In this document: one piece after another, positions 15,652-26,708 of the stretch
Layout of the letters: each line of letters begins with the position of its first letter
How positions within the stretch are numbered: position 1 is the stretch's first letter
From: an uncultured archaeon
GTDB taxonomy: Archaea; Asgardarchaeota; Lokiarchaeia; Sigyniarchaeales; SOKP01
DNA: 33,459 nucleotides
Direction of reading: 5' to 3'
Assembly (NCBI GenBank): GCA_964583985.1
Contig: CAZOYD010000040.1
Location: 1 to 33,459, forward strand
Made by a program: the position numbers and the translations under genes
The notes under the pieces: model-generated
Seen by the model: only the letters and a program-made list of their open reading frames with translations
Told to the model about the DNA's origin: nothing
Database searches by the model: none

Positions 15652-18153
15652 ATGGGGGTCTTCCCTGAAAATCCTTGTGAATATGCAGTTGATTTCATTA
15701 GAAAAATGAGAAAACATCCCGACATTGTACAAATACCATCTTCACGTCAAGTTCTCTCTATTCCAAAATTAATTTTATCGCGATACTATCGAAATGGAAT
15801 TATTACACCTAATGATTATATTGAAATCAGTGTGGTTACCTCATTTCCAGATAATCAAGAATTAGCTAAGGACTTAGCTTTTGAAATTCTATTTCCTAAC
15901 TATAAAAAGGACATGATGGATTCTTTTTTTGATAGTGATTCAGAATCCCTTGAAAAGAATAACCAAGATCAATTGGAACAAGAGATTCAGTCAGAGTTAG
16001 ATCAAATTCAAGAGATGATTGAGGAGATTGAACTATCCAGTTCAATAGATTCAGATGCTATTCAAGAATTAGAAGACTTCATGAATGAATTAAATCAAAA
16101 AAGGGAAGAAGAACCATATAAATCAGCACTCCACTTTCTTAACGATGATTCTGAGATTTATAAAGAAGAAATATCTTCATTAAAAAAACTCATTGAAGAA
16201 GCACAGAAACGACTAAATCAAAAGATTAATTCATTAGATCCAGAAGATATAAAAGCAGCTGTAAATTTAGGGCTAGAAGATCTAATTCAACAAAAGTCTT
16301 TGCGAGAATGGGAAAAAATTACAAGTAAAGCCTTAAAAGGTGAAGATGTTAACGATGAATTGAATAAATTGCTTAGCTCAGGAAAATTGGATGACCTCTT
16401 ACAAACAATGAAATTTATGGATAGCGCGTCAAAAGAAGATAACATAAAAAATCAGTTAGAAAACATGAAAAATCAACTCCAAACTCAAATTGAAAATTTG
16501 GATCAACTATTTAATGCTGCTAAAACATTAGGAAATCCTCCTCAAGTTAATTTGAATGATATACTTAATAATTCATTGCAAAATGCCTCTTTTGAACATA
16601 ATTTTAATTTAGCAAATTCTTTAGATCAGTATTTTGGGACTGATATTAGATCAAAACTATTAAATAAATTTCAAGAACAACAAGGTAATTTACCCACTAG
16701 TCTTTCGCTGGAAACTTTAGCAAAAAATCCATTTACAAATAAAGCATGGAATTCACTTCTTAATCAAGCTTTAAAAAATGAGATAGACAATGCATTAAAT
16801 CAAAATATTAAGTTTGAAGCGTTGAAATCATTAACACATCAAGTTCAACAACTGATGAATAGTTGTGCAAATCCACATTGTAGTCAAAAATTTAACCAAA
16901 CTATTCCAGATCTCGTAAAAAAAACATTAGAATCGTGTGAAAATGCAGATCAATTAAGAAATTCTACTGAATTCTTAAGAAAGCTTGGATTAAATCCAAA
17001 TCCAGATGATATTAGAAAAATTGGTCAAAAGCTAAACATGCTTGAAGAAGAAATCAATGAACTCATTGAACCAAATTATCAACTGTTAAAAAAAATGATC
17101 GAGAAAAATAAAGCAGATTTTCAAAGAATTTCAAACTTAATGGACCAAATTCAAGATCAATTAAATCCTGATAGACTTAAAGAATTAATGAGCAGTGCTA
17201 TGGCAAGCGATAATCAAGATGCTCTTGGGGCTCTTGGTCATTTCAATTTAAACGAAGCAGTAAAAGCCGCTAATCAAGTGGGGGGAAAAGAAGGCCAAGA
17301 TAAAATGATCTCCTGTTTATCGGCTGGGAGTGGAGAAAATCTACTTAAACAATGGTTTATTCATAGAGATAAGTTGCCTAGTGCTCCTAAAGCGAAAATT
17401 AAGGATTTAGCTAAAAAAATGTTAATTGATTTAGGTATTTATTATTCAAGAGCTCGTTTAGGGAGTGCTAATACTGGTCCAATACCAATTAATATCGTTA
17501 GACCATATACAATTGGCGATGATTTTGAAAATATTGATTTAGAAGAGACAATGTATAATTTATTAGAAAAAGGGAAAGAATTGGACCATATTCAATACGA
17601 AGATTTTTACGTTTCAGAAACGGCAAAAGGAATAAGATCTGCTTGCTTTGAATTAGATATTAGTGGTTCGATGTCAGGAGATAAATTAGCTTACATGACA
17701 ATATGTGCAACAATGCTTATTTATGGATTAAGGAAGGATGAATTAGCTATATCTTTTTTTGAATCAGATACTCATGTCTTAAAAGAAATGAATAAAAAGG
17801 TGGATCTAGAGAAACTTGCAGATGATTTGTTAACAATATCTGCGAGAGGTGGAACTAGAATACAAAGTGCTCTTGAATGGGCTAGAAAGCAGTTTAAAGA
17901 AAACTCAAGTTCGCGCGAAAAGTTGAATGTATTATTTACAGACGCAGAAATTTATGATATTCAACAAGCAATGGAAGAGTTGAGGTTATTTCGCTCTCTT
18001 GGAATAGATTTCATTTTAATTTGCCCTGAAACTTCTTTTGATTTGAAAGAAGCAGAAAGAATGGTAAAGGTAGCAGGAGGGCAATTATTAACTGTAAAGG
18101 ATTGGAATGATTTTCCTAAATTAATTTCTGATATTATAAAATCGAGATTTTGA
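15652..18153 (+). CDS. VWA-domain protein (MoxR partner) with a long helical middle region
   Basis: C-terminal MIDAS residues: LDISGSM, GGT, LFTD; GGAGGT SD. Confidence 0.88.
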   Translation: MGVFPENPCEYAVDFIRKMRKHPDIVQIPSSRQVLSIPKLILSRYYRNGIITPNDYIEISVVTSFPDNQELAKDLAFEILFPNYKKDMMDSFFDSDSESLEKNNQDQLEQEIQSELDQIQEMIEEIELSSSIDSDAIQELEDFMNELNQKREEEPYKSALHFLNDDSEIYKEEISSLKKLIEEAQKRLNQKINSLDPEDIKAAVNLGLEDLIQQKSLREWEKITSKALKGEDVNDELNKLLSSGKLDDLLQTMKFMDSASKEDNIKNQLENMKNQLQTQIENLDQLFNAAKTLGNPPQVNLNDILNNSLQNASFEHNFNLANSLDQYFGTDIRSKLLNKFQEQQGNLPTSLSLETLAKNPFTNKAWNSLLNQALKNEIDNALNQNIKFEALKSLTHQVQQLMNSCANPHCSQKFNQTIPDLVKKTLESCENADQLRNSTEFLRKLGLNPNPDDIRKIGQKLNMLEEEINELIEPNYQLLKKMIEKNKADFQRISNLMDQIQDQLNPDRLKELMSSAMASDNQDALGALGHFNLNEAVKAANQVGGKEGQDKMISCLSAGSGENLLKQWFIHRDKLPSAPKAKIKDLAKKMLIDLGIYYSRARLGSANTGPIPINIVRPYTIGDDFENIDLEETMYNLLEKGKELDHIQYEDFYVSETAKGIRSACFELDISGSMSGDKLAYMTICATMLIYGLRKDELAISFFESDTHVLKEMNKKVDLEKLADDLLTISARGGTRIQSALEWARKQFKENSSSREKLNVLFTDAEIYDIQQAMEELRLFRSLGIDFILICPETSFDLKEAERMVKVAGGQLLTVKDWNDFPKLISDIIKSRF

Positions 18154-18157
18154 GGGA

Positions 18158-20518
18158 TTGATGAAAAATAAATTACCACAGATATTTTTAGAGCTTTTCG
18201 ATGAAAAAAGGATCGCAAAGGCGTCAGAATTTCCAAAAAATAAAATTAGAATAATTTCTTGTAGCGATGATCCAATTCAAATTAGAAGTCTTGTTTTAGA
18301 TAATGATCGTGAGTTTCATATTATAATCAATGAAAAAAATAAAGAAATTTTTCATGATTGCCCTACATTCCTTTTTGAACCTGAAAGAAATGACAAAATT
18401 TGTATCCATCTAATTAAATTACTTCTTTTGTTGAAAGAGGACATTTCCACAAAAATTCTTTTAAATTTGAGTGAATATGAACTTAGTTATGAGGATTTCG
18501 GTTCAAAAAAAAAGAGTCAAAATTTTTTAGAATTAGCAAATCATTGTCTCGATTCAAAAAATTGTATTGAGGGATTAAATTATCTTAATAAAGCTATATT
18601 AAACCAGAATGAATGCGAACCGATTATTGAAAAATATTTAGAGGCATCCATAAATAATAACTTTTTCATCGAATTTTTTGAATTTCTGAAAAATGGATAT
18701 GAGAATGAATTAGATGAATTTTTAATGAAATTTAATTCTATTATTGAAAGGGGATTCTCTAAATTTATGAAATCTATCTCATTGTATTCTTTTTTTGATA
18801 TATTGCGTATAATTGAATCGATAGATGACTTTTTAGGGAGGTATAAATTCCAAAGTAATACATTTCTCTCATCCTTAACAGAAGAATTGGTTAAGCAGAT
18901 AAAATCTGAAAATTTTAATGAAGTGTATTTCTCTACCTTTTTTATTAAGAAAAATTTGATTAAATTGAGGGAAATTAACCCGAAAATTAATGATTTAATA
19001 TTACCTGAGAATTTTGAAAATTTTAAAGAAAAAATACTCTCATACTTTTTTGATCAAATTAACAGTTTTTGTATTATTGATAAACTGGAATTAATGAAAA
19101 AGCAATTTGAAGTATTTGGAATTCCAAAGGAGGCATATGAAAAAAGTTATTATAAATACAAATATGAGATAGATGCTCTAAATCGAAAACTATATTTAAA
19201 AAAATTTGCTTTTCTAAAATTACTGTTAGATAAGTATAAAGTTAGAATTTCTAAAGTAGATTTAAGAAAACAAAGAAATACTTATATAATTAATCATGAT
19301 AAAACAAATCTAAAAAATCCCGCTTATAATTATATAATAAACCATATAGGATTCACAGGAATTGACAATTCCAAAATAAAATCATCAGACATTGGAATTA
19401 ATTATTTAATAATAAAAGAATTGTTTTCTGATGATCTACACTCTTTTGCTGATATTTTTTACTATCATAAACAATTTTGGGGAGAAAATGAGAATTATAA
19501 AATAAACTTAATAGATGGATATTCTCTTCTAAGTAAGCCCATTGAATATAATTATGATATAGATGTGGTCAAAAATAGTGAAGATGTAATGATAATTGAA
19601 TGGGATTTGGCGAGTAAGCCGAGATTAGGAAGTATAGTAAATGCTTATGGCTCTCAAATAATGATCCCAGATCAAAATAATTCGCTTTTCCATGACCTAA
19701 AACCTTTTGATTTATGTTATTGTTTGAATAATCCCGTTAAAATTGAAGGAAATATTGTCAAAACTATTAATGTCTTGATGAAATGTTCCTTTGAAGATGC
19801 TATTAATAGTGTCACGAAAGGGATGACTTTTATAGAGGGCTATTACCCTCTTTCACTTGTTAAAAAGGTAGTAAAAAAACAAATTGATATTTTTGAAGCA
19901 TATGACCTTGTAGTTAATGATCCAAACAAAGTATTTGTCCCAAATTATCAGAATTTTTTAGAAGCATTTCAAAAGTTCCTATTTTCCCATATAGATAAAA
20001 ATAAGGATTCAATATTCAATCAATTAAGATTGAGTGAGGAAAATAACTACTCTAAATTCTTAGTTTTAGCAGATTTAACAACTGAATTAGCAGGAATGAA
20101 TCTTCCTTATAAAGAGATAATTAATGAGACTCTTAAGACAGAAATCCAACTAAGTAATTTTAGATCAAAGCTTCTTGAAGAAATACACAAGTATATCCTT
20201 AAACTGATTAAAAATAACGATCTTGGGAGTACTAGAATTTTTAACTTGAAAAAGATGCGTAATACTCCATTTGTAAGATATATTGATGAAATTACTAAAC
20301 TTAGAAAGCTAGAATTTGAGAATGCCCAAATTTATGTAAAAAAATATGATGATAAGATAGAGTATGATCTTTTAGAAATCTGTAGAACCTATTATGGAGA
20401 AAAATTTTTAAACATTTTAAAATTAGGGTCTAATTTTATATTAAATCGAGAGGATTTTAAAAAATTTGAAGATCTTTCCATAAAATTAAATCTTTCCTTA
20501 AAAATCAATAATAAATAA
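18158..20518 (+). CDS. SWIM zinc-finger protein (hypothetical, 786 aa)
   Basis: HDCPTF...KICIH SWIM-like motif near the N-terminus; 4 nt downstream of the VWA gene. Confidence 0.65.
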   Translation: MMKNKLPQIFLELFDEKRIAKASEFPKNKIRIISCSDDPIQIRSLVLDNDREFHIIINEKNKEIFHDCPTFLFEPERNDKICIHLIKLLLLLKEDISTKILLNLSEYELSYEDFGSKKKSQNFLELANHCLDSKNCIEGLNYLNKAILNQNECEPIIEKYLEASINNNFFIEFFEFLKNGYENELDEFLMKFNSIIERGFSKFMKSISLYSFFDILRIIESIDDFLGRYKFQSNTFLSSLTEELVKQIKSENFNEVYFSTFFIKKNLIKLREINPKINDLILPENFENFKEKILSYFFDQINSFCIIDKLELMKKQFEVFGIPKEAYEKSYYKYKYEIDALNRKLYLKKFAFLKLLLDKYKVRISKVDLRKQRNTYIINHDKTNLKNPAYNYIINHIGFTGIDNSKIKSSDIGINYLIIKELFSDDLHSFADIFYYHKQFWGENENYKINLIDGYSLLSKPIEYNYDIDVVKNSEDVMIIEWDLASKPRLGSIVNAYGSQIMIPDQNNSLFHDLKPFDLCYCLNNPVKIEGNIVKTINVLMKCSFEDAINSVTKGMTFIEGYYPLSLVKKVVKKQIDIFEAYDLVVNDPNKVFVPNYQNFLEAFQKFLFSHIDKNKDSIFNQLRLSEENNYSKFLVLADLTTELAGMNLPYKEIINETLKTEIQLSNFRSKLLEEIHKYILKLIKNNDLGSTRIFNLKKMRNTPFVRYIDEITKLRKLEFENAQIYVKKYDDKIEYDLLEICRTYYGEKFLNILKLGSNFILNREDFKKFEDLSIKLNLSLKINNK

Positions 20519-20519
20519 T

Positions 20520-21719
20520 CTATTCTCCATTTTCAAAACGTAAACTTCCATAAAAATTATCATGTCCCGGGATATAATAATATTTACCATCTCGAATTTT
20601 ATTGATTGCATCAATTATATTAGAAGGAATACCATCAAAATTACTAGAACCTTCCCAAACGCTATACTCTCCTTGATTATTTTCTACAATTTTTTTGTAT
20701 ATTTCTAAATTTTTCTTGTTATACTCAGAGTTTTTATTTACATTTGCAATTAGATGTAAGAGGGGAATAATATATTGAAATCTGTTAGTATTTTCAGCTT
20801 CTTGGTCTTGTAATTCATAAATTCGTGATAACACGCCTTTGGTAAGCCGTTTTCCACAATAAGGACAAACAACATTGTTTCGCCTGGGACTGCAAAAATA
20901 ATCTATTCCATCTTTATGTCTTTCTCCTCGATGTCCATCATAATAATATTTACCTCCAGAAGGTTTAAATTCATATGTCTTAATTACTTTATTAGACCTA
21001 ATGGAATTGATGACTTCTTGGTAATTTAATTTATTAGTTATATGTAATTTTGTTGCTTCTCTGCCAAGTCTATGGAAATTTACTGAATGACAATCTGAAT
21101 TAGAAATTATAGTTAAATCATCTAATTCGGATAGATTTCTAATTAAAATTGGATCGGCACTTAATCCAGATTCAATGGCATTAATATATTGTCGTCCTTC
21201 CCCTAAGGCTTCTCTAAAAGAGCTAAAATTGCATTTTGCACCTAATATACCAAAGTAAGGTGTGAAGATATGAGCAGGAATAATTTCAATTAAAGGATCA
21301 ATTTTCTTTATTTCTATTATAAAATTTTCAGCCGACAAGTAAATTTTGGGTCTCCCATCCTCAACTAATGCTCCTTGAGAAGAGAGAAATTGATATGCTT
21401 CATTTAAAACATGAAAATTCGGGAATAAAATTATGAAATGTACTTTTTTAAATTCTCCTTTTATTTTCCAGATTAGTTCTATTTCGGTTTGTAAGATAAA
21501 ATTGGTTTCAGGAATTTTAGGATGATAATAAATACCACTTTCCAATTCCACCAATTCAGGCTGTAATTCTTTAAGCCAAGATGGATGTAAACAATCTCCT
21601 GTCCCCACAATATCTAATCCTTTTATCTTACTATTTAAAGCGATGTTGTAAATACTTATTCGTTCACTTGTTCCTCCAGAATATTTGCTATGGATATGTA
21701 AATCAATGATTTTCTTCAT
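20520..21719 (-). CDS. Endonuclease Q family (PHP domain plus Zn finger)
   Basis: DLHIHSKYS, GTGD, PAHIFTP, ESGLSAD, SNSDCHS...RLGRE, GKYYYDGH, CPYCG...GV. Confidence 0.88.
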   Translation of the reverse strand: MKKIIDLHIHSKYSGGTSERISIYNIALNSKIKGLDIVGTGDCLHPSWLKELQPELVELESGIYYHPKIPETNFILQTEIELIWKIKGEFKKVHFIILFPNFHVLNEAYQFLSSQGALVEDGRPKIYLSAENFIIEIKKIDPLIEIIPAHIFTPYFGILGAKCNFSSFREALGEGRQYINAIESGLSADPILIRNLSELDDLTIISNSDCHSVNFHRLGREATKLHITNKLNYQEVINSIRSNKVIKTYEFKPSGGKYYYDGHRGERHKDGIDYFCSPRRNNVVCPYCGKRLTKGVLSRIYELQDQEAENTNRFQYIIPLLHLIANVNKNSEYNKKNLEIYKKIVENNQGEYSVWEGSSNFDGIPSNIIDAINKIRDGKYYYIPGHDNFYGSLRFENGE

Positions 21720-21884
21720 GATATATCTGAAAAACTAGTTTACATACATATTAAACTTAGAATTTTTAAAATCCACTAAGATCTTCATATCTAAAAATTT
21801 AAAAATTATAGGGAAACGTTTCCATTATTTTTATATTCCAAATGAAATTTATTAACATATAAATATATGATATAATGATAAATT

Positions 21885-23165
21885 ATGGGCAGAGAAAACG
21901 AGCACCATCCCTCAAAAGATATTGTTGAGAGTAAGGGTACAATTCTTAGAGGAAAAACAATATGTATGTGTTTAACTGGTTCGGTAGCTGTAATAAATGC
22001 CCCAATTATCGCGAGAGAATTAATGCGATTAGGTGCTGAAGTATTTACAGTAATGACAAAGGCCGCTACAGAATTAATAAACCCTTCCTTAATGCATTGG
22101 GCTACAGGTAATCCCACTATAACTAATTTAACGGGTAAAGTAGAACACGTGTTTTTTGCGGGAAATAGACCTAAAGTTTTTGGAAAAGCAGATCTAATCT
22201 TAGTATGTCCAGCTACGGCAAATACGATATCAAAAATTGCTAATGGAATAGACGATACTCCTGTTACTACATTTGTTTCTACAGCGTTTGGATCAAATAT
22301 TCCGATTGTAATCGTCCCTGCGATGCATGAGAGCATGTATCATCCTATTCTTGAACATAACATTTCATTATTAAAAAAATATGGCATGGATATTTTAGGA
22401 CCAAGAATTTCTGAAGGAAAAGCTAAGATTGCAAAGGTGGATGATATTATTGACCGAGTTATAGATTTAATAATTGCCAAGAGAGATTTAGAAGGAATAA
22501 AAATATTGATAACAGCAGGACCCACAAGAGAATACATTGACGAGGTTCGTTTCGTTTCAAATAAATCTTCAGGAAGGATGGGTATTGAAATTGCTAAAGA
22601 AGCATCAGCAAGAGGTGCAGAGGTATTATTGATTGCTGGGAAGTGCATGGTAAAAATTCCAGATTATATAAATACGATTAATGTGATCTCCTCAGATGAT
22701 TTTATAAATGCGGTAAAAAACGAATTATCATATAAAGATTTTGATATTTTTATATGTGCTGCGGCTATTTCTGATTATAAACCAATAGATTGTGTTGAAG
22801 GCAAGATCTCTTCTGATAATGTAAAGGAACTTCAAATTAATATGAGATTAACACCTAAAGTTATAAATGTTGCTCGACAGAAAAACTACAAGGTATTTAT
22901 CGTTGCGTTTAAAGCGGAAACCAATGTTTCAAGAACTCAACTTATCGATCGAGCCCACGAAAGATTGTTAGATTCCCAAGCAGATTTAATTGTAGCTAAT
23001 GATGTAGGAAGAGACGATGTAGGGTTTGGAAGCAAAGAGAATGAGGTTTATATTATCAATAAAGAAAAACAAATTACACATATTGAAAAAAATTCTAAAA
23101 GATATATAGCTTCTAGGATATTAGATATAACATTGGAAAACTTCCGAATACGGGACATCAAATAA
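21885..23165 (+). CDS. coaBC: Bifunctional phosphopantothenoylcysteine decarboxylase/synthetase
   Basis: TGSVA, PATANTISK, PAMH, TAGPTREYID.VRFVSNKSSGRMG, AAAISDY, FKAET, IVANDV. Confidence 0.95.
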   Translation: MGRENEHHPSKDIVESKGTILRGKTICMCLTGSVAVINAPIIARELMRLGAEVFTVMTKAATELINPSLMHWATGNPTITNLTGKVEHVFFAGNRPKVFGKADLILVCPATANTISKIANGIDDTPVTTFVSTAFGSNIPIVIVPAMHESMYHPILEHNISLLKKYGMDILGPRISEGKAKIAKVDDIIDRVIDLIIAKRDLEGIKILITAGPTREYIDEVRFVSNKSSGRMGIEIAKEASARGAEVLLIAGKCMVKIPDYINTINVISSDDFINAVKNELSYKDFDIFICAAAISDYKPIDCVEGKISSDNVKELQINMRLTPKVINVARQKNYKVFIVAFKAETNVSRTQLIDRAHERLLDSQADLIVANDVGRDDVGFGSKENEVYIINKEKQITHIEKNSKRYIASRILDITLENFRIRDIK

Positions 23166-23379
23166 AATTAATGCGACTTCACTTTTTATAGGAAAAGATT
23201 TAAATAATAAATCGATTTCTTTTCAAAATGAATTAAAATTTGGAAGCACAGCCTTCAAGATTTTTACTAATGTTATTAAAATTATGTTGTTAGTAATCAT
23301 TTAGTTGAAAGTTACGTGTTTATAAATTAAATTTGTAATATAATTAAAGTTGATAACATAGGTTTGGAGTGAGATAATT

Positions 23380-26300
23380 ATTCCATCTGATGAAGAAGAT
23401 ATAATAAAGCAAGGTACAATAGCACAATTTATGCGAAAAAGAACCCAATTAGTGGGGTTTGAATTTGGATATTGGAAACATTCTCAATATATCACAGAGT
23501 TCTTAGATAATGCTTTGGACGCCATTGAGTCTTTTCACTGGAAAGAAATTGAAAAATCAGATTCAAGAAATAAATTTTCATTAGATCAAGAAACTGCATT
23601 AGAAAATTTATCTTTGATTCAAGATTTCATCGAAGAAGAAAAAAATGAAAACGAGAAAATAGAGGAAATAGCAATAGAAAAAGAAGAAGAAGCAGGAGAA
23701 ATCATTGATAAAGCAGAAATTGAAGTAGAGGAAGAAGTTCAACGAATTATTGATGATATAGACGAATTAATAAAACCCGTTGTGGATTTAGTTGATATTG
23801 AACCACTTGTGGTAGTTAGACTAAGAGAATCTGAACCCGCTTCTTTTTTGACCTCGGAATTATCTCAAAAAAATGTAATGAATTATACAATCGAGATTTT
23901 TGATAATGGAATTGGGATGAGTAAAGGGGATCTTCGTAAATTTGGAAAATACTTAGCAAGTTCAAAAAGCGTTGAATTAAAACAAACACGAGGTAGTCAA
24001 GGTTTTGGTGCCCCAAGTGCTTTTTCTGATGCTCAAAATACAACGGGAAAACCTATTATTGTAGCTTCTAAGACGAGTGATATGGTATATGCTAATGCAT
24101 CTGAATTTTTTACAACTTCAAAAAATGAAAAACGTTATTTAATACACCCCGTTGATATAGATAGCCCTTTTGGTCATGGGACATATATAAAATTAAATTA
24201 TTTAAACGTGAAATACGTAAGAGGTTATGTTGATACCTATATCAAGGAAACTGCTTTGATGAATCCTCATGTTACAATACTTTTCATTGATCCTTATGGA
24301 GAAAACATAACATATCCAAGATTAGTATCATCTTTTCCTAGACAACCAAAATATGCCAAACCACATCCTTCATCAACCAATATCGGTGATCTGCAGGATC
24401 TAATCGCAAAATCAGAAAATTTGACAGTTTCAGCATTTTTACAAGATAATTTTGTGCGGATTAGCCCTAAAACCGCGAAAGAGATAATAACTCTTGCTGA
24501 AAAAGATTTGCAAGATAAAAACAATCTCATCATTCTTGAAGAGGGTTTCATTACAAAATCAAAAAAAAAAGAAGATCCAATATACTATCTAAGAAATGAA
24601 AAAAGAGTCTATGGACGTTCAGAAAAACTAAGAGATAAGCTCGTTATTTATTTATTAGATTCCGATAATTTAAAGAACGATTACTGGAATTTAATTAGTG
24701 AAATTATTAAGTTGGATAAAAATCTTATTAACATTGATAAAATAATTAGAAAACATAATCATCGAAAAGAAACCATTGATACTAAAAAAGAACTGAAAAA
24801 TATTGACAAAGAAGTTGATAATTTACTAAAACAAATTGAAGAGATCAATATACAAAAAGAGGAAATTAAAAATCAATTATATAAACTAATAAAAAAAAAT
24901 GAAGCTGGACTAATTGAACAAAAAAAATTTGCTGCTAAGACTGAATATGAAGATTTAATTCGAGAAGTACAAATTTCTAAAGCTAAACCTGTTGAATTAA
25001 GCAATGAACAATTTAACTCTCTTTTTCATGCATTTAAATCAATAAAATACATGGCTCCTCCAACTGATACAGCTATACCTGTTGGAGATACTGTATTAGA
25101 AAATACATTAGTAAAGGAAATAGGATTAAAAATTTCGGAAAATATTGAAGATTTTGAGGAATCTGTTGCCAACCTTGTATCTGTCAAGGAAACTTTATTG
25201 AAAGAGAAAAAAAAACAAGGAATCTTATCTGGTGAAGATGCTTCTTCAGATATTAGCGTCAATAATAGTGAAATTGAACTTTCCATCTCAAGAATTCTCG
25301 CAAGTTATGATATTTTAGATAATAATGAAGATCCAACGGAAATCAATAACATTCTTACCAAGGTATTTAAAAAATCAGATGATGAGTCAAAAAGTAGTTA
25401 TCGAGACGTATTAAATTATTTTACTGATGTTCATTCAAAAGATGATGATTTTGTATCTGCTGAAACAAGACCCCCAACAAGTGGAAAAGGTTTAGCATAT
25501 GTAGTTGAAGCAGCTTTGGTATATTGTAATGATCCCAAGAAACTAGATACGCCAAAACGTTCCAGGGATGTATTGTCTAGGTTTGTAAATCGAACACCCA
25601 AATTAAGAGATAGTGCTGAATGTGCTATAACAAAAGCAGTTCAATCTGTTAATTGGAAGAACTATAAATTAGATACTTTTGATAACAACTTACCTAAAGG
25701 GCCTATTAAGCTTTTAGTAAATGTATCAGGTCCTTATGTACATTTAATGTTTAAATCTCAATCAAAAAATAGTCTAGCTGATGATGAAGAATTAATTAAG
25801 GAGATTAAATATTGTTTGGAAGCAATTGGAAGACGTTTAAGATCATACTTGAATAAAAAAGATACTTTTAGAAAGACGGAAAAACGAGCAAGCGTCATTG
25901 AAAGATACATTCCCGCATTTGTAGAGAGTCTATTTAATATTATTAAAACTACAAAAAGTGACTACAAAGAAACGACCTCTCCCGAGGAATTAGAAAATTT
26001 AATGAAAGATGCAATTGGTAAAAAACCCGCTCCTAAATTAGTTGCGGAACCATTAGAAGAGAAAAAAGGTGGATTGGAGGAAAAAGAGATAAAACAAGTA
26101 CCTCAAAAGGTAGAAATTGAATGGGAAAAAGAAGTTGAAAAACCCATTGAGGAGGAAAAAGAAATTGAAGATGAAAAACTTGAGATAGATACTTTTTCAG
26201 AAAAAACTCTTTTAAAATGGACCATCAAAGAATTAATAGAATATAGTAAAGAATTCGGCTTTTCAATATCACCAAATTCAAAAAAAATAGATATAATAAA

Positions 26301-26697
26301 TAAAATATTGTCTTACCAGAAGACTGAAACTATGATTGAAAAACCTACAATAGATGTAGAGGAGGAGCTTGTCAAATTTGTTTCAAAGAAACCCGAACCT
26401 ATTGAAGATTATATCACATCAAAGGAAAGTGAACCTACGAAAATACAACCTCTCAAACCAAAATCTAAGCGCAGTATTCCACAAACCATCCAAACTACTT
26501 TACCCGTTATTACAACAGATAAGATATTAGCGACACTCAACAATGAATGGCAAAATATAACCCATCTTATATTCAAATTAAAAATCAAAGACATGATGGA
26601 TGCAAGGTATCTTCAGAATCGATTAAAAGAATTGGTAAGAAGAGAAAAAGTCGAAATGTCAAATATTAAGAATAAAAAGCATTGGAGACTAAAATGA
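23380..26697 (+). CDS. top6B: DNA topoisomerase VI subunit B with large insertions and a C-terminal extension; probable ATT start upstream of the ORF-track ATG (23431)
   Basis: EFLDNALDA, DNGIG and QTRGSQGFG GHKL motifs; KPHP; RFVNRTP transducer; adjacent to top6A. Confidence 0.9.
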   Translation: MPSDEEDIIKQGTIAQFMRKRTQLVGFEFGYWKHSQYITEFLDNALDAIESFHWKEIEKSDSRNKFSLDQETALENLSLIQDFIEEEKNENEKIEEIAIEKEEEAGEIIDKAEIEVEEEVQRIIDDIDELIKPVVDLVDIEPLVVVRLRESEPASFLTSELSQKNVMNYTIEIFDNGIGMSKGDLRKFGKYLASSKSVELKQTRGSQGFGAPSAFSDAQNTTGKPIIVASKTSDMVYANASEFFTTSKNEKRYLIHPVDIDSPFGHGTYIKLNYLNVKYVRGYVDTYIKETALMNPHVTILFIDPYGENITYPRLVSSFPRQPKYAKPHPSSTNIGDLQDLIAKSENLTVSAFLQDNFVRISPKTAKEIITLAEKDLQDKNNLIILEEGFITKSKKKEDPIYYLRNEKRVYGRSEKLRDKLVIYLLDSDNLKNDYWNLISEIIKLDKNLINIDKIIRKHNHRKETIDTKKELKNIDKEVDNLLKQIEEINIQKEEIKNQLYKLIKKNEAGLIEQKKFAAKTEYEDLIREVQISKAKPVELSNEQFNSLFHAFKSIKYMAPPTDTAIPVGDTVLENTLVKEIGLKISENIEDFEESVANLVSVKETLLKEKKKQGILSGEDASSDISVNNSEIELSISRILASYDILDNNEDPTEINNILTKVFKKSDDESKSSYRDVLNYFTDVHSKDDDFVSAETRPPTSGKGLAYVVEAALVYCNDPKKLDTPKRSRDVLSRFVNRTPKLRDSAECAITKAVQSVNWKNYKLDTFDNNLPKGPIKLLVNVSGPYVHLMFKSQSKNSLADDEELIKEIKYCLEAIGRRLRSYLNKKDTFRKTEKRASVIERYIPAFVESLFNIIKTTKSDYKETTSPEELENLMKDAIGKKPAPKLVAEPLEEKKGGLEEKEIKQVPQKVEIEWEKEVEKPIEEEKEIEDEKLEIDTFSEKTLLKWTIKELIEYSKEFGFSISPNSKKIDIINKILSYQKTETMIEKPTIDVEEELVKFVSKKPEPIEDYITSKESEPTKIQPLKPKSKRSIPQTIQTTLPVITTDKILATLNNEWQNITHLIFKLKIKDMMDARYLQNRLKELVRREKVEMSNIKNKKHWRLK

Positions 26698-26708
26698 GGT
26701 AAGCTTAT

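Noticed and set aside
23431-26697. Inteins as the explanation for the Top6B insertions
   Set aside because: No C/S...HN-C/S/T splice junctions or LAGLIDADG motifs are seen.
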